Both the position numbers and the translations under genes were made by a program. Shown in pieces: positions 1-14,164 of a stretch of DNA of 64,000 nucleotides. Source of the DNA: Eledone cirrhosa (Eukaryota); NCBI GenBank assembly GCA_964016885.1, contig OZ024742.1, positions 274,784,001-274,848,000 of the forward strand, read 5' to 3'. The notes under the pieces are model-generated. The model made no database searches. It was not told where the DNA came from and saw nothing but the letters and a program-made list of their open reading frames with translations. How positions within the stretch are numbered: position 1 is the stretch's first letter; every line of letters begins with the position of its first letter.

Positions 1-16
1 TTCCCCTTTCTTCTGC

Positions 17-391
17 TGGACATCACCAGAGGGCGTTAGCCACCACTACCCCCACCCCCGTGTTGGCATAGCTACGGCTTCCTAAAACCGTATTTCTTTG
101 GAGATACGAAATATTTATACATATTGTATAAAGCTATGCTTGAAGCGAAATCCTATTTCTTTTCTATTATAAGTTGAGCCAACTTATGCAGCTTCATATG
201 CAAATGAGATTAATCACCTCATTTACACAGACGAGAAAACTATATTCTCGCCTGTCTTCTAGTCTAGCAGTCGCAAGCGGTGGGAGGGACCGTCTTGACG
301 ATGGCCAGTTAAGCCTGAAATGGACATCACCAGAGGGCGGTAGCCCCCCCCCCCTCCTAAAACCGTATTTCTTTGGAGATACGAGATATTT

Positions 392-400
<9 letters not shown>
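17..400. repeat. Diverged direct duplication ending in a (TA)n tract
   Basis: TGGACATCACCAGAGGGCG at 17 and 321; CCTAAAACCGTATTTCTTTGGAGATACGA at 81 and 356. Confidence 0.8.
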
Positions 401-437
<37 letters not shown>

Positions 438-1140
438 AATGTAGAAATGTAACACACGAGTTGATATATATAAACAAATAGTAAAAATGAAAAACATTCA
501 GTAGAAAATCTTGGAGAGATTTATAATATCAAAACATTTATTTAAAAAGTGGGTTTTACCACATTCAATAGTGGTACCGGTTTCAGCATTATATGCTTTT
601 TCAACTACGGTTGTGCATAATGCAGTTATGTTGCATATGTATACAAATAATAAAATGGGGGAAAATTATTAGTTTTCACATACTTATTTAGAGAGGAGAT
701 TTCATATCTCTGTCCGTGGTTTTCCTTCGTTCTCTGTTAGGAATTAAAAATTAAAACTATGAAGTTTACATGAAATTATATTCACTGTGTGTTAAATTTA
801 AGTGAAATAAATTGAGAAAGGCAGTTATTTTTAATTCTTATGTCAGAATTCACGAAAGTGCATTATTGAAAGATAAAGTGGTTGCCAAAGCTATTTCCTA
901 AATCTCTGTAATAGCTTTTGCATTGAGCACTAAATTTGGTGCAGTTTATTTTCGAGTGACCAGGCTGTCTAGAATACCAATGCAAGGTCAAAACAAATAA
1001 GTGACCAAGTATATTCAAAACCTGAAAGGAGGTGAAAATTGATTAACTCAGAGGGTCATACGTGCCGATCAATAGATTAACGCACATTTCAAGCGCTCAC
1101 AATATCGAAGAAATTGATATGATGATAGATAGGTAGTTTA

Positions 1141-1400
1141 TTACATGTTCTAAGTTGTTTCCATGGTGCTATAAAATATGAGAAAGAGGTTATTGAGTAC
1201 ATGTAGTCATACGTAAGTAAAATATGTAAGTGTATAATTGAAGTTAGTCCAGAATTTCAAGTTAAATCCAATTAAATTAAATTACATGTTCTAAGTTGTT
1301 TCCATGGTGCTATAAAATATGAGAAAGAGATTATTGAGTACATGTAGTCATACTTAAGTAAAATATGTAAGTGCATAATTGAAGTTAAATTCAATTAAAT
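1141..1400. repeat. Tandem duplication, period 141 bp
   Basis: TTACATGTTCTAAGTTGTTTCCATGGTGCTATAAAATATGAGAAAGAG...GAAGTTA at 1141 and 1282. Confidence 0.9.
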
Positions 1401-1575
1401 TAAATTAAATCTGTAGCCCTTATTGAATTGAGGGATCGCTGAATGTTATATTATATTATGTATGGGACGTATCATGCGGTGTAATATAATATAAAGAATC
1501 AAATGCTTTTAGGTAAGATATAGAAATGTAAAGAAATAATAAAGTAACAATAAAGTATTAACAAATTAGTATAAT

Positions 1576-1740
1576 AATTGTTTCTTCTTTTGGCACAAGG
1601 CCAGCAATTATCTCAGTGCATTACTGGTACTTTATTTTATCCACTCTGTAAGGATGTGAGGCAAAGTTAACCTCGGCGGGATTTGAACTCAAGGGGCGTA
1701 CCTCTTTGATGCAAAGCATAGTGTCCGTCCTTCTACCGAT
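1576..1740 (-). mobile_element. tRNA-derived SINE (main family in this window)
   Basis: Matches the other copies; B-box-like GAGTTCAAATCCCGCCGAGG on minus strand; shared body ...GATAAAATAAAGTACCAGTAATGCACTG...TGCTGGCCTTGTGCCAAAA. Confidence 0.85.
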
Positions 1741-2719
1741 AATGCCCCCCCCCCCCCAAAAAAAAAGATATATATATGTTTACATACATATATAGATATG
1801 TATGTATATGAGGTGGAATCATCAATATATTGATAACAATATAGGGAACGTATAATATACATATATATATAAAATAAAAAAATACGAAATGAATAAAGAA
1901 ATAATGTGTTGGTCTAGTTAAAACATTAGACAAAATGTTCAATACACAATTTTAAAGTGGAAAGGTGAAATAGAATCACTTAACCGTCAAACAAGAGAGT
2001 GCGTGAAATCACCATCTTGGCCTTTTGTGAGTAAGGAGGCGTGTACGATCGGGTCCATGTTATGAGCAGAACTCAGTTTTGGCACTTCCTTGGTGATAGA
2101 TCCTCTTATAGTGTAGTCATGGCCTATGTTCTTCATTACATTACAAAAGGCTCGACTGTAATAGGAGCTGTATTTTATTTATGTTAGGTTGTTTAACAAA
2201 GGGTAGAACTGCTGTTTCTGGTTGGTAAACGATGCGTCTTCTTCTTCTTTGCCAACTTAATTCTCAGAGGGTTGTTGGGGTAGAAAATCCTTTGAAATTT
2301 ATGAATTAGCAGGCTGTCCCTGAACGAATCAGTCCTCTATCTTTTATTTTATTTTTTCCGTCTTGTATCTTATATGTTCTGTTTGGGTTCAACGTAATCC
2401 TGCTATATACATCTGCAAATAGTACCTGATGAAATCGTCTAGTATTGCATCGTAATCGGATGATAGGACTGGGCCATCGAAATATGTATATTGCTTCCGT
2501 GGAATTTAAATTCTAAATTAAATTTAATTCTAAAATGAATTTTCCACTCCGGCCTTCTTTTCTTGATTTAATGAATACTTAACTCCGTTCTACACCAGCC
2601 ACATCTATGGTGGATGATTTGCATGCATAAAGTTTAGTGATTAATTAATTCATTGCATCATCGTTCCCTATTATGCCTCCCTGTAAATTCTATACTAAGT
2701 GTCAGGCAAAGAGATGCGG

Positions 2720-3085
2720 GAGTTTGTCGAGTCCAAGCTAGCTGATGAACAGTGCTGTTTTCGCCCCGGACGCATAACAACCGACAAAATATTCGCACTG
2801 CAGCAGGTATTCGAGAAAGGGTGGGAGTATTGTCAAGGCATCTGATTGCGTTTCTCGGGACCTGCTGAGGAAGGCTGTGCAGGAATACGGGATTGATAGT
2901 CACCTTCGTGATATCCTGATGTCTCTATCTGTGTTCGGATATATTGCCCTAAATCGGAACCGTTCAATGTGGGAGTCGGATTCCGCCAAGGGTGCATACT
3001 GTCACTTCTGTTCATTATTTACATGAACCAGATTAACATGCGCTGCCGAGTTGGAAGTGGTATCATGACTGAAATTTGCAGACGA
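2720..3085 (+). mobile_element. RTE-clade LINE reverse transcriptase fragment (decayed)
   Basis: Manual translation: DEQCCFRPGRITTDKIFALQQVFEKGWEY ... SEPFNVGVGFRQGCILS-LLFIIYM, typical RTE RT motifs. Confidence 0.8.
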
Positions 3086-3099
3086 CAAGGTGTCACATA

Positions 3100-4700
3100 A
3101 ATCGACAGAAGATGATCTCCGACTTTCATTCCATAATTTATAAAGACTGAATTATAATTAGATGTGATTTGTGATAGATTATCCAAATATTGTATCGCTT
3201 TTCTGTGTGGCCTAGTTGCTCGCATGTTGGTCATAGGTTCTAGGGCTGGTGCGGGTTGTGTGTTGCGTTATTGAGCATAACACTTTATTTAACTATGCTC
3301 CGGTACACTTAGCTGAAAGTGAGCACTACCAGTATCTGGGGGTTTAATTTTACAGGCGTCCTGTCTAGGGGCCAATCTTGTATTGTGACTCACGTAACGC
3401 CAAGAAAACTGGTGAACTTCCAGGCTTGTTATAGTTGTTTTATTTAAAGCTGAGCATTTATACTTTGTGAAATTATTATATTCTATTATTAATCTGGTAA
3501 CAAATTCATGGTATATGCTGTTCGCTGTTTTATTATTCTTGTCGATCAAAGCTGAATCATTTTTAGTGAACTATTAATGTGCTGCTTCTATCACTTTGCG
3601 AGGCGTTTTGTGTTTCTTTATAATGTCTCGTAAAGTAGTTGTCATTTCATAATTTCATCTTCATCCTTTTTACGCTTATTTGTGATTTCGATTCCTTTAT
3701 TTATTTATGTTTATATTGTAATTGACTCTTCACTTTCACCAATCCTGCTTTATCGCCATTGATATGAATAAGAATTTCAATAGCTTATTTTATTTTTCTA
3801 TATTTTGTATATGTAGTTACTACGATTCTTACTTTGGCTTTGGGAATATTATGCGTGTAGACGTGGGGGAAGAACCACTTTATATTGTAATCAATGTGGC
3901 TAATGCATTTATTATTTGATTAGTTCTGATGATACTGAGATGGATGTCTGTTTCCATTAAATTTGCGATGGCCCTGTTTTCTGTGATTTATTTAGTTATA
4001 TATTTATTTTGGGATTGCACTTGTTATTTCATGCTTACCATTTATCTAAGGGAAGTCATTGTAGGAAGAACTGCCAAACCTAAATGTTTTCTCTCCTCAG
4101 GTTTACATATGCTGTATGTATTTACTTCATTCGAATGCTCTATTTTTAAACCGTTCTCATATTCCCTTTAAATTATTCTTTTTTAATATTCTCTAAAGTT
4201 TTTCCCATTCTATAGGTGTTCTAGATTTTGATGTGATTATATGGCATAATTTGTCTTGAGCATATTTATCAATATTAGTGATTTACTTTATTAATCTGTT
4301 TAATAATAATATTAATGTTTCTATTCAGGTCGAAAGCAACATTGTTGTTAATATATGATTTATTTTTGTATTTTCATGATGTACGCATTTTAATTGTTCT
4401 ATTTCCATATCTGATAATTGATTTTTGAACATAGGTCCGGAAACAAGTCATTTTATCGCGTCATACATGATTCATTTTTACGTTTGCATCTAGGTGATTT
4501 TCATGCTAGAAAATCTACGAAGAAGTGGAATTTAAATGCCTTGATTAATGTTTCGGGCTTAATATTCATACAATTCAGAAACGCAATATTCTGGTAACAA
4601 AGTATAATTTCCGTGTTATAGTGATTAAAAAATTAGTATTCAAATTTTATTTATTTGTCAATCCACTGCAGCATGTGGTCAGCCATGTAAAACGATGATT
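3100..4700 (-). mobile_element. Heavily decayed Penelope-like element remnant
   Basis: Minus-strand remnant KHKTPRKVIEAAH near 3580-3620 resembles a GIY-YIG C-terminus; the rest is fragmented. Confidence 0.35.
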
Positions 4701-5365
4701 GATTGAGCGATAATATTTGTACCTCAGTTATTTCTGGTTTTATAGTTTATTATCACAAAGCACAAAAACAATTGATTGAGTAAGCTTGAAATTTTCCGGT
4801 TTTAATGAAGTAAAGTTTACTTAGTTTGTTATTTGTTTAGTCATTGTAAAAGCACACATATATGGAATGGATTTAAAGGAATGTCCTTCACCTGAAATCA
4901 GGAATATACATCTTTCTGACTGAGACGATGGGAGGAGTCGACTCAAAAGACCGCAGATAAATTTAGAATGAACCACAGGACAAAGATGCCTGGCCATCAC
5001 ATCGTGTATTCTGAAAATTAGTCCTCATACCTTAGAATAACAGAAGATAAAAAACAAAAAGTAGGTGGCAATTTTCAGATTTTCTAAGCAAATTATTTTG
5101 TATTTATAATATTTTTTTTAAATATAGAAATGCATATGATTAGGGACTAGCGCTATCTGCTGAATAATTTCCAATGAAAATGTGTAGACCTGGTAACCAT
5201 CAGGGAGAACAGATTTCCATGATACGCCTATTCACTCTAGCCGACTAAAGGTTATTTGATGCATACGTGATGCTCTTTCAAAGAGAAATAGACCTCGATT
5301 AAATATTCTCATAGTAGGTCGGTGGTCCGCGAAAGTACAGGTTTGAAAGTGATAGGTTTTCCTGA

Positions 5366-8165
5366 ATGTTGGCCGTTTATAACGGGATCTTGGATGCATG
5401 CTGGGATTGTGTGGAATTAGTGGATCGGAGAGGAGGGTGTAAAAGCCTCGGAAACCTGCTCAGACGTTTCCAAATGTCTGACAGGTGTCGAATGGATTAT
5501 ACGAATGTGCCAATGAGGACATGGGCAAACTGCATCGAGTCACCCAGTTTGTATATAGATAGGGTATTCTGTAGGGAAACAGATAAGGCTAGCGTAGGTT
5601 TTACACAATATAAAATGGTCGACTACACGCACCACAAATTTGTGATATGTGAAGTCAACATGGATAGACTTCATAGGCAAGTGCTCGATTACTGGAAGCT
5701 GAAGGCGTCCTTCTCGTCGCACAAAGCTTAGAGACCGGATAAGTGAATTAGTTAAGCGTGCGTTGACGGGTGCGATCGTCAACAACAGGTGGTGGTTTAC
5801 CCTGAAAAGGGCAATTAGAGTAGAATCGATAAGGTTTAACAAAGGACTAGAGATAGAGGAAAATATAGTAGAGGGAGAGCTAGTTAGAAAGCTAGAAGAG
5901 GCATTTAGGACAGGCATCGCAACTGACGTGCTTGCGGCGAGATTGGCACTCGACCAATTTTTCAAGGCAAAGCACGAAGGCTGTGTTGTCAGAGCTAGAG
6001 CATGTGCTCTGAGACACGAGGGGACAAAAACCGTCCGAGTCCGATGGGCCCGGGGGTGGAGGCGCGACGTGGCAACAAAGCAACATTTAATCTTTGCCTG
6101 GCCAAAATGGGCGCATTTTACTCGAACCCGAGCAGATGTGTAAGGCTGTTCAGCAGCACTTTCTTCAACTGATTGGGAGCGGCGGCTGGCCGGATCGGAG
6201 TATATACTTCAGTGTACACCTCGAGGGATTGCCGCAGCTATCGACGACCGCAGCGCAGTATTGCGGAAAGCCGGTAACAGCAGGTGAAATACGGGAAGCG
6301 ATGTCTGATAGCACGAAGGGTAAATCGCTAGTTTTGGATGGTCTGCCTTACGAACTTTATGCGTACATGAGAGACTTGTTCGGCGATCAGTTAGCAGATG
6401 TCTACAGCAATTGGCAGCAGAACGGGAGCATTCCACCTGGGAGCGGTGGCGCTGTTGAGAATAGAACTGAACAAGGGGTACGTTATAGACAAATTCAAGC
6501 CCATTACTCTGTTAAACGCAGATTTCAAGATTTTAGCCAAGGTGTTAGCAACGAGATTGGCGCTTGTCGTCAGGGATCTGGGGGGGGGGGAGTGCAGACA
6601 TGCGCCATACCAGACAGATCCATCCACGAAAACCACCACCTCATGCGGTACATCATAGAGTGGGTGGTTAAGAAACCTGGTACGGGTGGGGTCCAGATCA
6701 ACTTGGATCAAACTAAGGCATTTGCTAGGCTCGATTATCGGTATTTGTCTGCGATCCTCGATGCGGCCGGTTTCAGGAGCTGGATGGCCTGCGATGCACA
6801 ACGACATCTGCTCACTATGAGGACAAACACTGTCACAGCCGTTCAGCATGATGCACTCGGCCCGGCTGGGTTTCCCCCTCTCATCGCTCTTCTACGTATT
6901 GGCCATCAAACCGTTACTTCAAAGATTGGAAGTGTCCCACGCAACTGGCATGTAGGAGAGCCGTATCGGCTTGCGCTGACGACTTCACAGTTGTGGTGTC
7001 AAGCACCGGGCATGTCCAGATGCTCGGCACCGCTCTCAATGAATATGAAGCAGTGAGAGGTGCAAAGTTAGACCAGGAATATTCGGTGGCTTGTAGCTCG
7101 GTACCAGTAGAGGCAAGTACCTGCCCTCTAAGAGCGTCGTTGGACGTCTAGTTCGCTCCGGACCTCCAGATGGAGAAAGACTGGAGCGAGGTGACAAGCA
7201 GCGTCGCCTCCCTCATCCAGTCTGACAGCGGTTTAAACGTTGAGGCGAATAACGCTGGCCCTCTTACAAAAAATATGAAAACCAACACGACTTAGATAGT
7301 ATCTCCAACAGTAGCACCAACAATAATGATAACACCAACAACAGCAGCAACAACGACAAGATAAACAACAACAGTGAAAATTCAAATATAAAAAATGAGA
7401 ACACCAATAACAGCAGCACCAACGACAACAACATTCGAAATACAATTATGAAATAAAATGACAACATCAATAACAGCAGCAACAACGACAACAGCAACAA
7501 CACCAACAAGAACAACGACAACAACAACGACAATACCAACAGCACCAACGACAACAATAAAAACAATTTCGCTGCCGCAGCAGCCAAGGAAAGTCCATGC
7601 TTCAACATGGATTTAACAGACTAGGTCCATATGCTGTTAACACCCTTGTGTGGAGGGCTGGCCATGCTGTGGCTGATGATGCGCAGACACGCGCTCAGGA
7701 TACGACATCTCCACCTCTTCCTCGACGGTGATCAGGTGTGGTCGCTGTTTCCTAGACGCGTCTTTCCCCAGCTCGTCTCCTCGAGGGAGCTGCAGTCCTG
7801 TGTCAAGGGAAGACCGAGAGGGGGCGCTTAGAGACGGGAATGTCTTCAGGCACTCACAGCCCTCGACCAGTCGGGCAATGTGATCGGTGGAAACTCCACC
7901 TTGGCCTTCTATAGAGGATTAGTGGAGCGGAAGAGCGACGACGTACTTGGGGAAACTCTAGGCGTCGACGAAAATCAACTAGCCAATCTATTCGGAAAAA
8001 ATTTCGGGCCGGGCCTATGGACAATTTCAAGAAATCAATGGCCAGGCAGTGCCACCGGGGAACTTTGCCAGTTCGGGATAAACTCTACAGGCATAAAAGT
8101 GCCGTCAGCCAGTCCTGTTCGAAATGCGCGCAGGGCGACGAAACAATAATAACAACAGCCACAAT
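5366..8165 (+). mobile_element. L1/Tx1-clade LINE ORF2 copy A (endonuclease tail, RT, C-terminal zinc finger), frameshifted pseudogene, with a CAA-rich insert at about 7262-7610
   Basis: IDRV...THHK, DGLPYELY, FKPITLLNADFKILAKVLA, DQTKAF; HRGTLPVRDKL...CSKC...DET; paralogous to 12290-14160. Confidence 0.88.
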
Positions 8166-9640
8166 AACAGTACAACAGCAACAGTATCAACAAAAACAAC
8201 AACAACAACAACAGTACCAACGAAAACATCAACAGTGACATCAATACTTGTAACAACGATCTCAGCTCCTCTAGCAAGACCAATAGCGGCAGCAATAGTG
8301 GTGCCGCTGAAAAAGGGACTACTGTTTTTCCAGGTGTGGCCCGAAATACCGAAACAGTGTTAGTCACAGAGGAGGAGATGGTGACAAGAAACGCCAATAG
8401 AGTTTCCCTGAAACCTCCACCCGAGTTCTTCAAGGACCAGCAGCTACGGACGGTGAATTACCGCACGGTAAGCAAAATGTCACATCGGGTGGAGAGAGCC
8501 ACGGAGGCTCAAATCCAAAGGGCCTCGGGGTGCGTTAAGTCGCGCAAAACCCACATCACCCGAGACAGAAAGTATGCCACAGTGGACATACTTTTCACCA
8601 AGACGCGAAGTCTCACTCTTTGAAAACCCTAAAGAGCGAGGAAATAGTCTTGGTACCCTGCTACTGCAAGCAGAAAATTGTGAGGGTCAAATTGACCCAG
8701 GGCCCACTCGACGTGCCCATACCTTAACTGGCGGCGTCTGTCCTTGCTGGAATCGAGGACAGGACGACCATGCAGCAAGTAGAGAAAATAGGGAGAGAGA
8801 ACTGGTCAGGTATAAAAATGCAAATGCTTATAAAAACTGACGAGGAGTGTATCGACGCTATCCCCGATATCATAGACCTCGAGGAAGGACTCGACTCCCT
8901 ATAAGCGTGAAGGAAGACGGCCAAAATGTTATCTCTGTGGGTGAAAGGGTCACCTCAGGGCCTTTTTCCCGCAGAAGACAGCGAAGAAGAAGCCCCCCCC
9001 CCCCTCCTTCCAATGCCTGGTCTGCTGATACCAAGAGCAAGGCAGGCAACAAACGCAGAAGACCCTTCCACGGTGAGTAGGAGGGCAACGTCAGTGGCAC
9101 CCGTACCAAGGCCACGGACAACTAAAGCAGCAGCATCAGTGGCGCCAACACCAGTAGCTGTATTTACAGTAGCTGCACCAGCAACAAAATCGCCGGAGAG
9201 GGCTCCACTCCTACCACCAACAGACGTGGAGCACATACCCCTCCCAGATGCCACGGAATCCGACATGGAGTGTGAGGCGGGAGTGAAGGGGCAAACGTTC
9301 TGCCACAAAAAAGAAGAAACCCCTGAGCTTCACCCTACAAAGGCAAAGGCAAACAAAAAGGGGTAAAGGTTGTAAGGCAACTCGCAGCAACGCCACCACC
9401 ATCGCTACCAACAACCACCACACTACCACCTCCGGCATCACTACAAACATCAACATCGCAAACGCAAGACAAACATACCCAACAGCAGCAACAAGACGAC
9501 AGCAACAAATCTAAACCACCCCAAAAGCATTACACAGCCATAAACTTGGCAAATAAAGAACTCTTAGAACATATAAAGCAGCACACAGACATTACGGACA
9601 AATATACTCCACCCCACCAACACCAAAACCCACTTCGTAT
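8165..9640 (+). mobile_element. Tx1-type ORF1 (gag-like) copy, decayed
   Basis: Paralogous to 10270-11680 (NRVSLKPPP(E/D)FFKDQQLR; knuckle-like CYLCG.KGHLR; ANKELL.HIKQHTDI). Confidence 0.8.
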
Positions 9641-9899
9641 CGTCCTGTACTGTTCTGTGCCGTCTCTAATGTTTTTCTTCATGTCAGCCCTTGTGGCCAA
9701 TAAAGAAACCATTATTATTATTATTATCGGTCTGTTCGGACGCTTTTTGCTCGCTGCAGGTAATCGCTTTATTTGCCTGTTAAAATTATTTGTTGTTAAA
9801 TATTTCTTGTTGTGTAAGGGATATATGCCTTTAGACTTTGCCCTGTGATGGGGAAAGTATAAAATTTGTTACTTTTGGCCCAAATATTTGAAAATTTTA

Positions 9900-12800
9900 C
9901 TTAAAAAAAAAATTGTTTTAAAAGGAAAAAAAAACATGGCTGAGCCACGCAAAGCAATACGTCTGCTGTCGTCTGACAATGGCGTAAAAGTTGAGAGGAG
10001 GGTTACAAACATGGCTACAACAGACACCACAACAAACAACGTGAACAAAGACAACACTGAGAACACTAATTTCGAAAAAATTACCACACAAACGACAACA
10101 ATGACAGCGTCAACCAAAATACAGACAACAGAAAAAATTGACAACATATGCAACAACGATATTACCACCACTAACAAGAAAATAAACAACAACACCAACA
10201 GCAACAATACAAATTGCACCGAAAACACCACAACGGTGGCACCAAAAAAAAACCCACTACAACAGGGATAACAGCAACAACACCAACAACACCGTTTGTA
10301 GCAGTAGCAACATCAACAACATCAACAACAAGACCAGTAGCGGCAGCAATAAAGGTGCCGCTGAAAAAGGGGCCACTTCTTTCGCAGGTTTGGCCCGAAA
10401 TATAAAAACAGTGCTAGTCACGGAGGAGTAGATGGCAGTCGAAAGAGCCATGGTGACGAGGAACGACAACAGAGTTTCCCTGAAACCTCCACCCGATTTC
10501 TTCAAAGACCAGCAACTGCGCATGGTGACTTACCGCACCGTAAGCGAAATGTCGCATCGGATGCGGAGAGCCACAGAAGCTCAAATCCAAAAGGCATTGG
10601 TTGCGTCTGGGCGCGCAAAACCCACATCACTCGAAGCAAAAAGTACGCCACATAGACGTACTTTTCCCCACCCCCCAAGAGGCGAAGTCTCACTCTTTGG
10701 AAACCCTAAAGAGTGGGGAAATAGTCTTAGTGCCCTCCTACTCCGGGCAGAAAATTGTGAGGGTCAAAGTGACCCAGGTCCCGCCCGACGTGCCCATACT
10801 TTGGCTGGCCAGGTCTGTACTGGCTGGAATCGAGGAGAAGACCACTATACTGCAAATACAGAGTTTGGGAAGAGAGAACTGGTCAGGAATAGGCATGCAA
10901 ATGCTAATACAAACTGACCAGGAGTGCATCGAAGCCACCCCAGACCTCATAGGCCTCGAAGAAGGGCTCCAACTCCCTATAAGCGTGGAAGAAAGGCTCA
11001 CAAAGTGCTATCTCTGTGGGCAGAAGGGTCACCTCAGGGCCCTTCCCGTAGAAGACACCCAAGAAGAGGGCCCCCTTCCTTCCGACGCTTGATCTGCTGC
11101 TACCAAGAGTAGGCATGAAACAGAGGCAGAAGACCATTCCATGGTGCGTAGGATGTCATACCAAAGCCACGGAAAACTAAAGCAGTGGCGGAAACACCAA
11201 CAGTCGCAGTAGATACACCGGCGGTACAATCGCCGGAGCGGGCTCCACTACCACCATCAACAGCAGTGGAGCTCATGCCCCTCCCGCACGCCGCTGGCTC
11301 CGACATGGAGTGTGAGACGGGAAGGAGTGGCAAACGGTCTGCCACAAAGAAAAAGAAAAAAGAAAAAAACCCTTAAATTCACCCTCCAAAAGCGAAGGCA
11401 GATAAAGATGGGTAAAGGCAGCAACACCACTACCATCAACATCACCACCACAAGCATCACCACCACCAACAACCACACCACCACCAGCATCACCAAAAAC
11501 ACCAACATCGCAAACACAACCAAAACACATACACCTAACAGCAACAACAAGAAAACAGCAACAGAATCGCCCCACCTCACAAAAAATACACAGCCATAAA
11601 CATGGCAAATAAAGAACTCCTACAACACATAAAGCAGCACACAGACATCAGAGAAAAAAACTACTACACCCCAGCAACACCAAGAACGCTCCCGACAAAC
11701 ATAAGCATCATAGAAATCTCAATAGACCATTACAAACTTTTAAAGCAAAAATTCCCCAACGCAGTTGGAGACTTCAGAGGGTCGGTTACCAAGAGGATAT
11801 ACACCGACATCCTTGACCAGCCAAAGGGACGGTAAGTGATCTTTTCTCACTTACCTCGTTTCTCATCCAACATGGCCAAACTTAGAATAGGCAGTATAAA
11901 TGTACGTGGCCTGGGGTCATCTTGGAAGCAGGACCACCTGCTCAACGACCTCAGGTCACTTAACATAGATGTGGTGGCCATCAGCGAGGACAGAATCTCC
12001 GAAGAATGAGCCTTCGCACCGATTTTCGGCGCCTACGATGTATACGCATCTCCCAGCCGTCCGGGATCGGGGGGAGGGGTTGCCGTGCTTTTTCGGAGAG
12101 GCTTGGATCTCGCCATGCGGGCCATCTTCCTGGACTCAGAAGGTAAATCGGTGGTGCTGGACGTGACTGGCAGCGAAGGCAATGCTTTCAGGCTAGTAGC
12201 CGTCTACGCCCCAGCAGGGGCAGGATGGCCAGATTTCTTCAGACGTCTAGAGACCTTTCTTGGAACGTCCCGCTCTTTAGTTTTAGTTGGCGACTGGAAC
12301 GGTACCTTAGATGCACGCTGGGATTATGTGGGACTAGCAGCCAGGGCAGGAGGGTGTAAAAGACTCAACAAACTGCTCAGACCTTTTGAACTGTCTGACA
12401 GGTATAGACTAGTTTATCCTAATGTCATTCAGATCGTATTTAGATAGGGTGTTCTGTAGGGAAAAAGATAAGGCTAGTGTAGGTTGTCCACAATTTAACA
12501 ATTTAACACGGAACGCAAATTTGTGATCTGTGAAGTTGACTTAGATAGACGCCATAGGCAAGGCCTGGCTACTGGAAGCTGAACCCGTCGTTCGCGGCGC
12601 GCAAAGTTTACAGAGACCAGATTAGCGAATTAGTTAAGCATGCGTTGACGGGTGCGATCGTTAACAACAGGTGGGGGTTTACCCTGAAAAGGGCTATTAG
12701 AGTAGAATCGATAAGGTTTAGCAAAGGAGTAGTGATAGAGGAAAATAGAGTAGGAGTGTTAGTTAGAAAGCTAGAAGAGGCGTTTAGGACAGGCATCGCA

Positions 12801-14160
12801 CCGACGTGCTTGCGGCGAGATTGGCACTCGACCAATTCTTCAACGCAAAGCATGAAGGCTACGTTGTCAGAGCTAGAGCGCATGCTCTAAGACACGAGGG
12901 GACGAAAGCCGTTCAATGGGCCCGGGTGGTGGAGGCGCGACGTGGGAACAGGTCCAATATTCGGTCTTTGCCTGATCAAAAGAAGCGCATGCTGCTCGCA
13001 CCCGAAAAGATGTGTGCGGCTCTTCAACAGCACTTTGCTCGATTGTTCGGGAGCGGCCACGCGCCGGATCGGAGTATGGACTTCGGTGCATACCTCAACG
13101 CACTGCCGCGGCTCTCGATGACCGCAGTGCAGTGTTGCGAAAAGCCGATAGCAGCAGGTGAAATACGGGAAGCGATATCATACTGCACGAGGGGTTAAAG
13201 ACCAGGTTTTAATTGTCTGCCCTACGACATTTGTGCGTATATGCCAGACTTGTTCGGCGACCTCTTGGCAGATGTCTACTGCAAGTAGCAGCAGAACGGG
13301 AGCATTCTCAGTTTTGTGAGCCGGCGAGCGGTGGCGCTGCTGGGAAAAGACCAGAACAAAAGGGACGTTATTGACAACTTCAGGCCCATAACTCTTCTTT
13401 AGGCAAAGTTTAACATTTTGGCCAAGGTGTTAGCTAAGAGATTGGCGCTTGTCGTCAGTGACCTGGTGGGAGAGGCGCATACATGCGCCATCCCGGACAG
13501 ATCCATCCATGACAACCTCCATCTCATGCGATACATCATAGATAGGGCGGTTAAGGAACCTGGCACGGGTGGGGCCCTGATCAACTTGGATCAATCTAAA
13601 GCATTTGATAGGGTCGACCATCGGTACATGGCTGCGGACCTCGAGGCGGCCGGTTTCGGGCCTGTTTTTAGGGGATGGATCGCTGCGATGCACAGCGACA
13701 CATGCTCAATTGTGAGGGTGAATGGTCACCTGTCGCAGCCTTTCAGCATCATGCGCTCGGTCCGCGAGGGTTGCCCCCTTTCGTCCCTCTTGTACGTACT
13801 GGCCCTAGAGCCGTTACTGCACAAACTGGAGACCACGAGGGGGGTCCCACGCGAATTGGGATGCGGGAGATCCGTATCAGCTTACTCTGATGACGTGACC
13901 GTGGTGGTGTCGAGCACTAAAACACGTCCAGATGCTGGGCACCGCTCTCAAGGAATACGAAGCGGTGACAGGAGCAAAGATAAACCAGGTAAAGTCGGTG
14001 GGCTTGCAACTCGGCACCTGGAGAGGCAAGTCCATGCCGTTCGACAGCGTCGTTGGACGGACGGACTGGTTAAATTGCTCGGGGTTTGGTTCAGACCGGA
14101 CCTCCAGATGTAGAAAAACTGGAACGAGGTGACGAGCAAGGTGGTTTCCTCCTTTGTTGC
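9900..14160 (+). mobile_element. L1/Tx1-clade LINE copy B: ORF1 (about 9936-11835) and ORF2 APE-RT (from 11872), 3'-truncated pseudogene
   Basis: ORF1 zinc knuckle KCYLCGQKGHLR; ORF2 starts MAKLRIGSINVRGL; LVGDWN; DQSKAFDRVDH; VREGCPLS; SAYSDD; many stops and frameshifts. Confidence 0.92.
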
Positions 14161-14164
14161 AGTC

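Noticed and set aside
295-328. UUGACGA-u-ggc..gcc-u-GAAA-ug(ga)ca-UC hammerhead-like string
   Set aside because: U3-G8 is not compensated and no stem I can be formed.
2415-2495. CUGAUGA or CGGAUGA ... GAAA
   Set aside because: Stems cannot be put in register without several indels.
7233-7608. Leu-rich and Cys-rich ORFs
   Set aside because: Antisense reading of a CAA-rich low-complexity tract.
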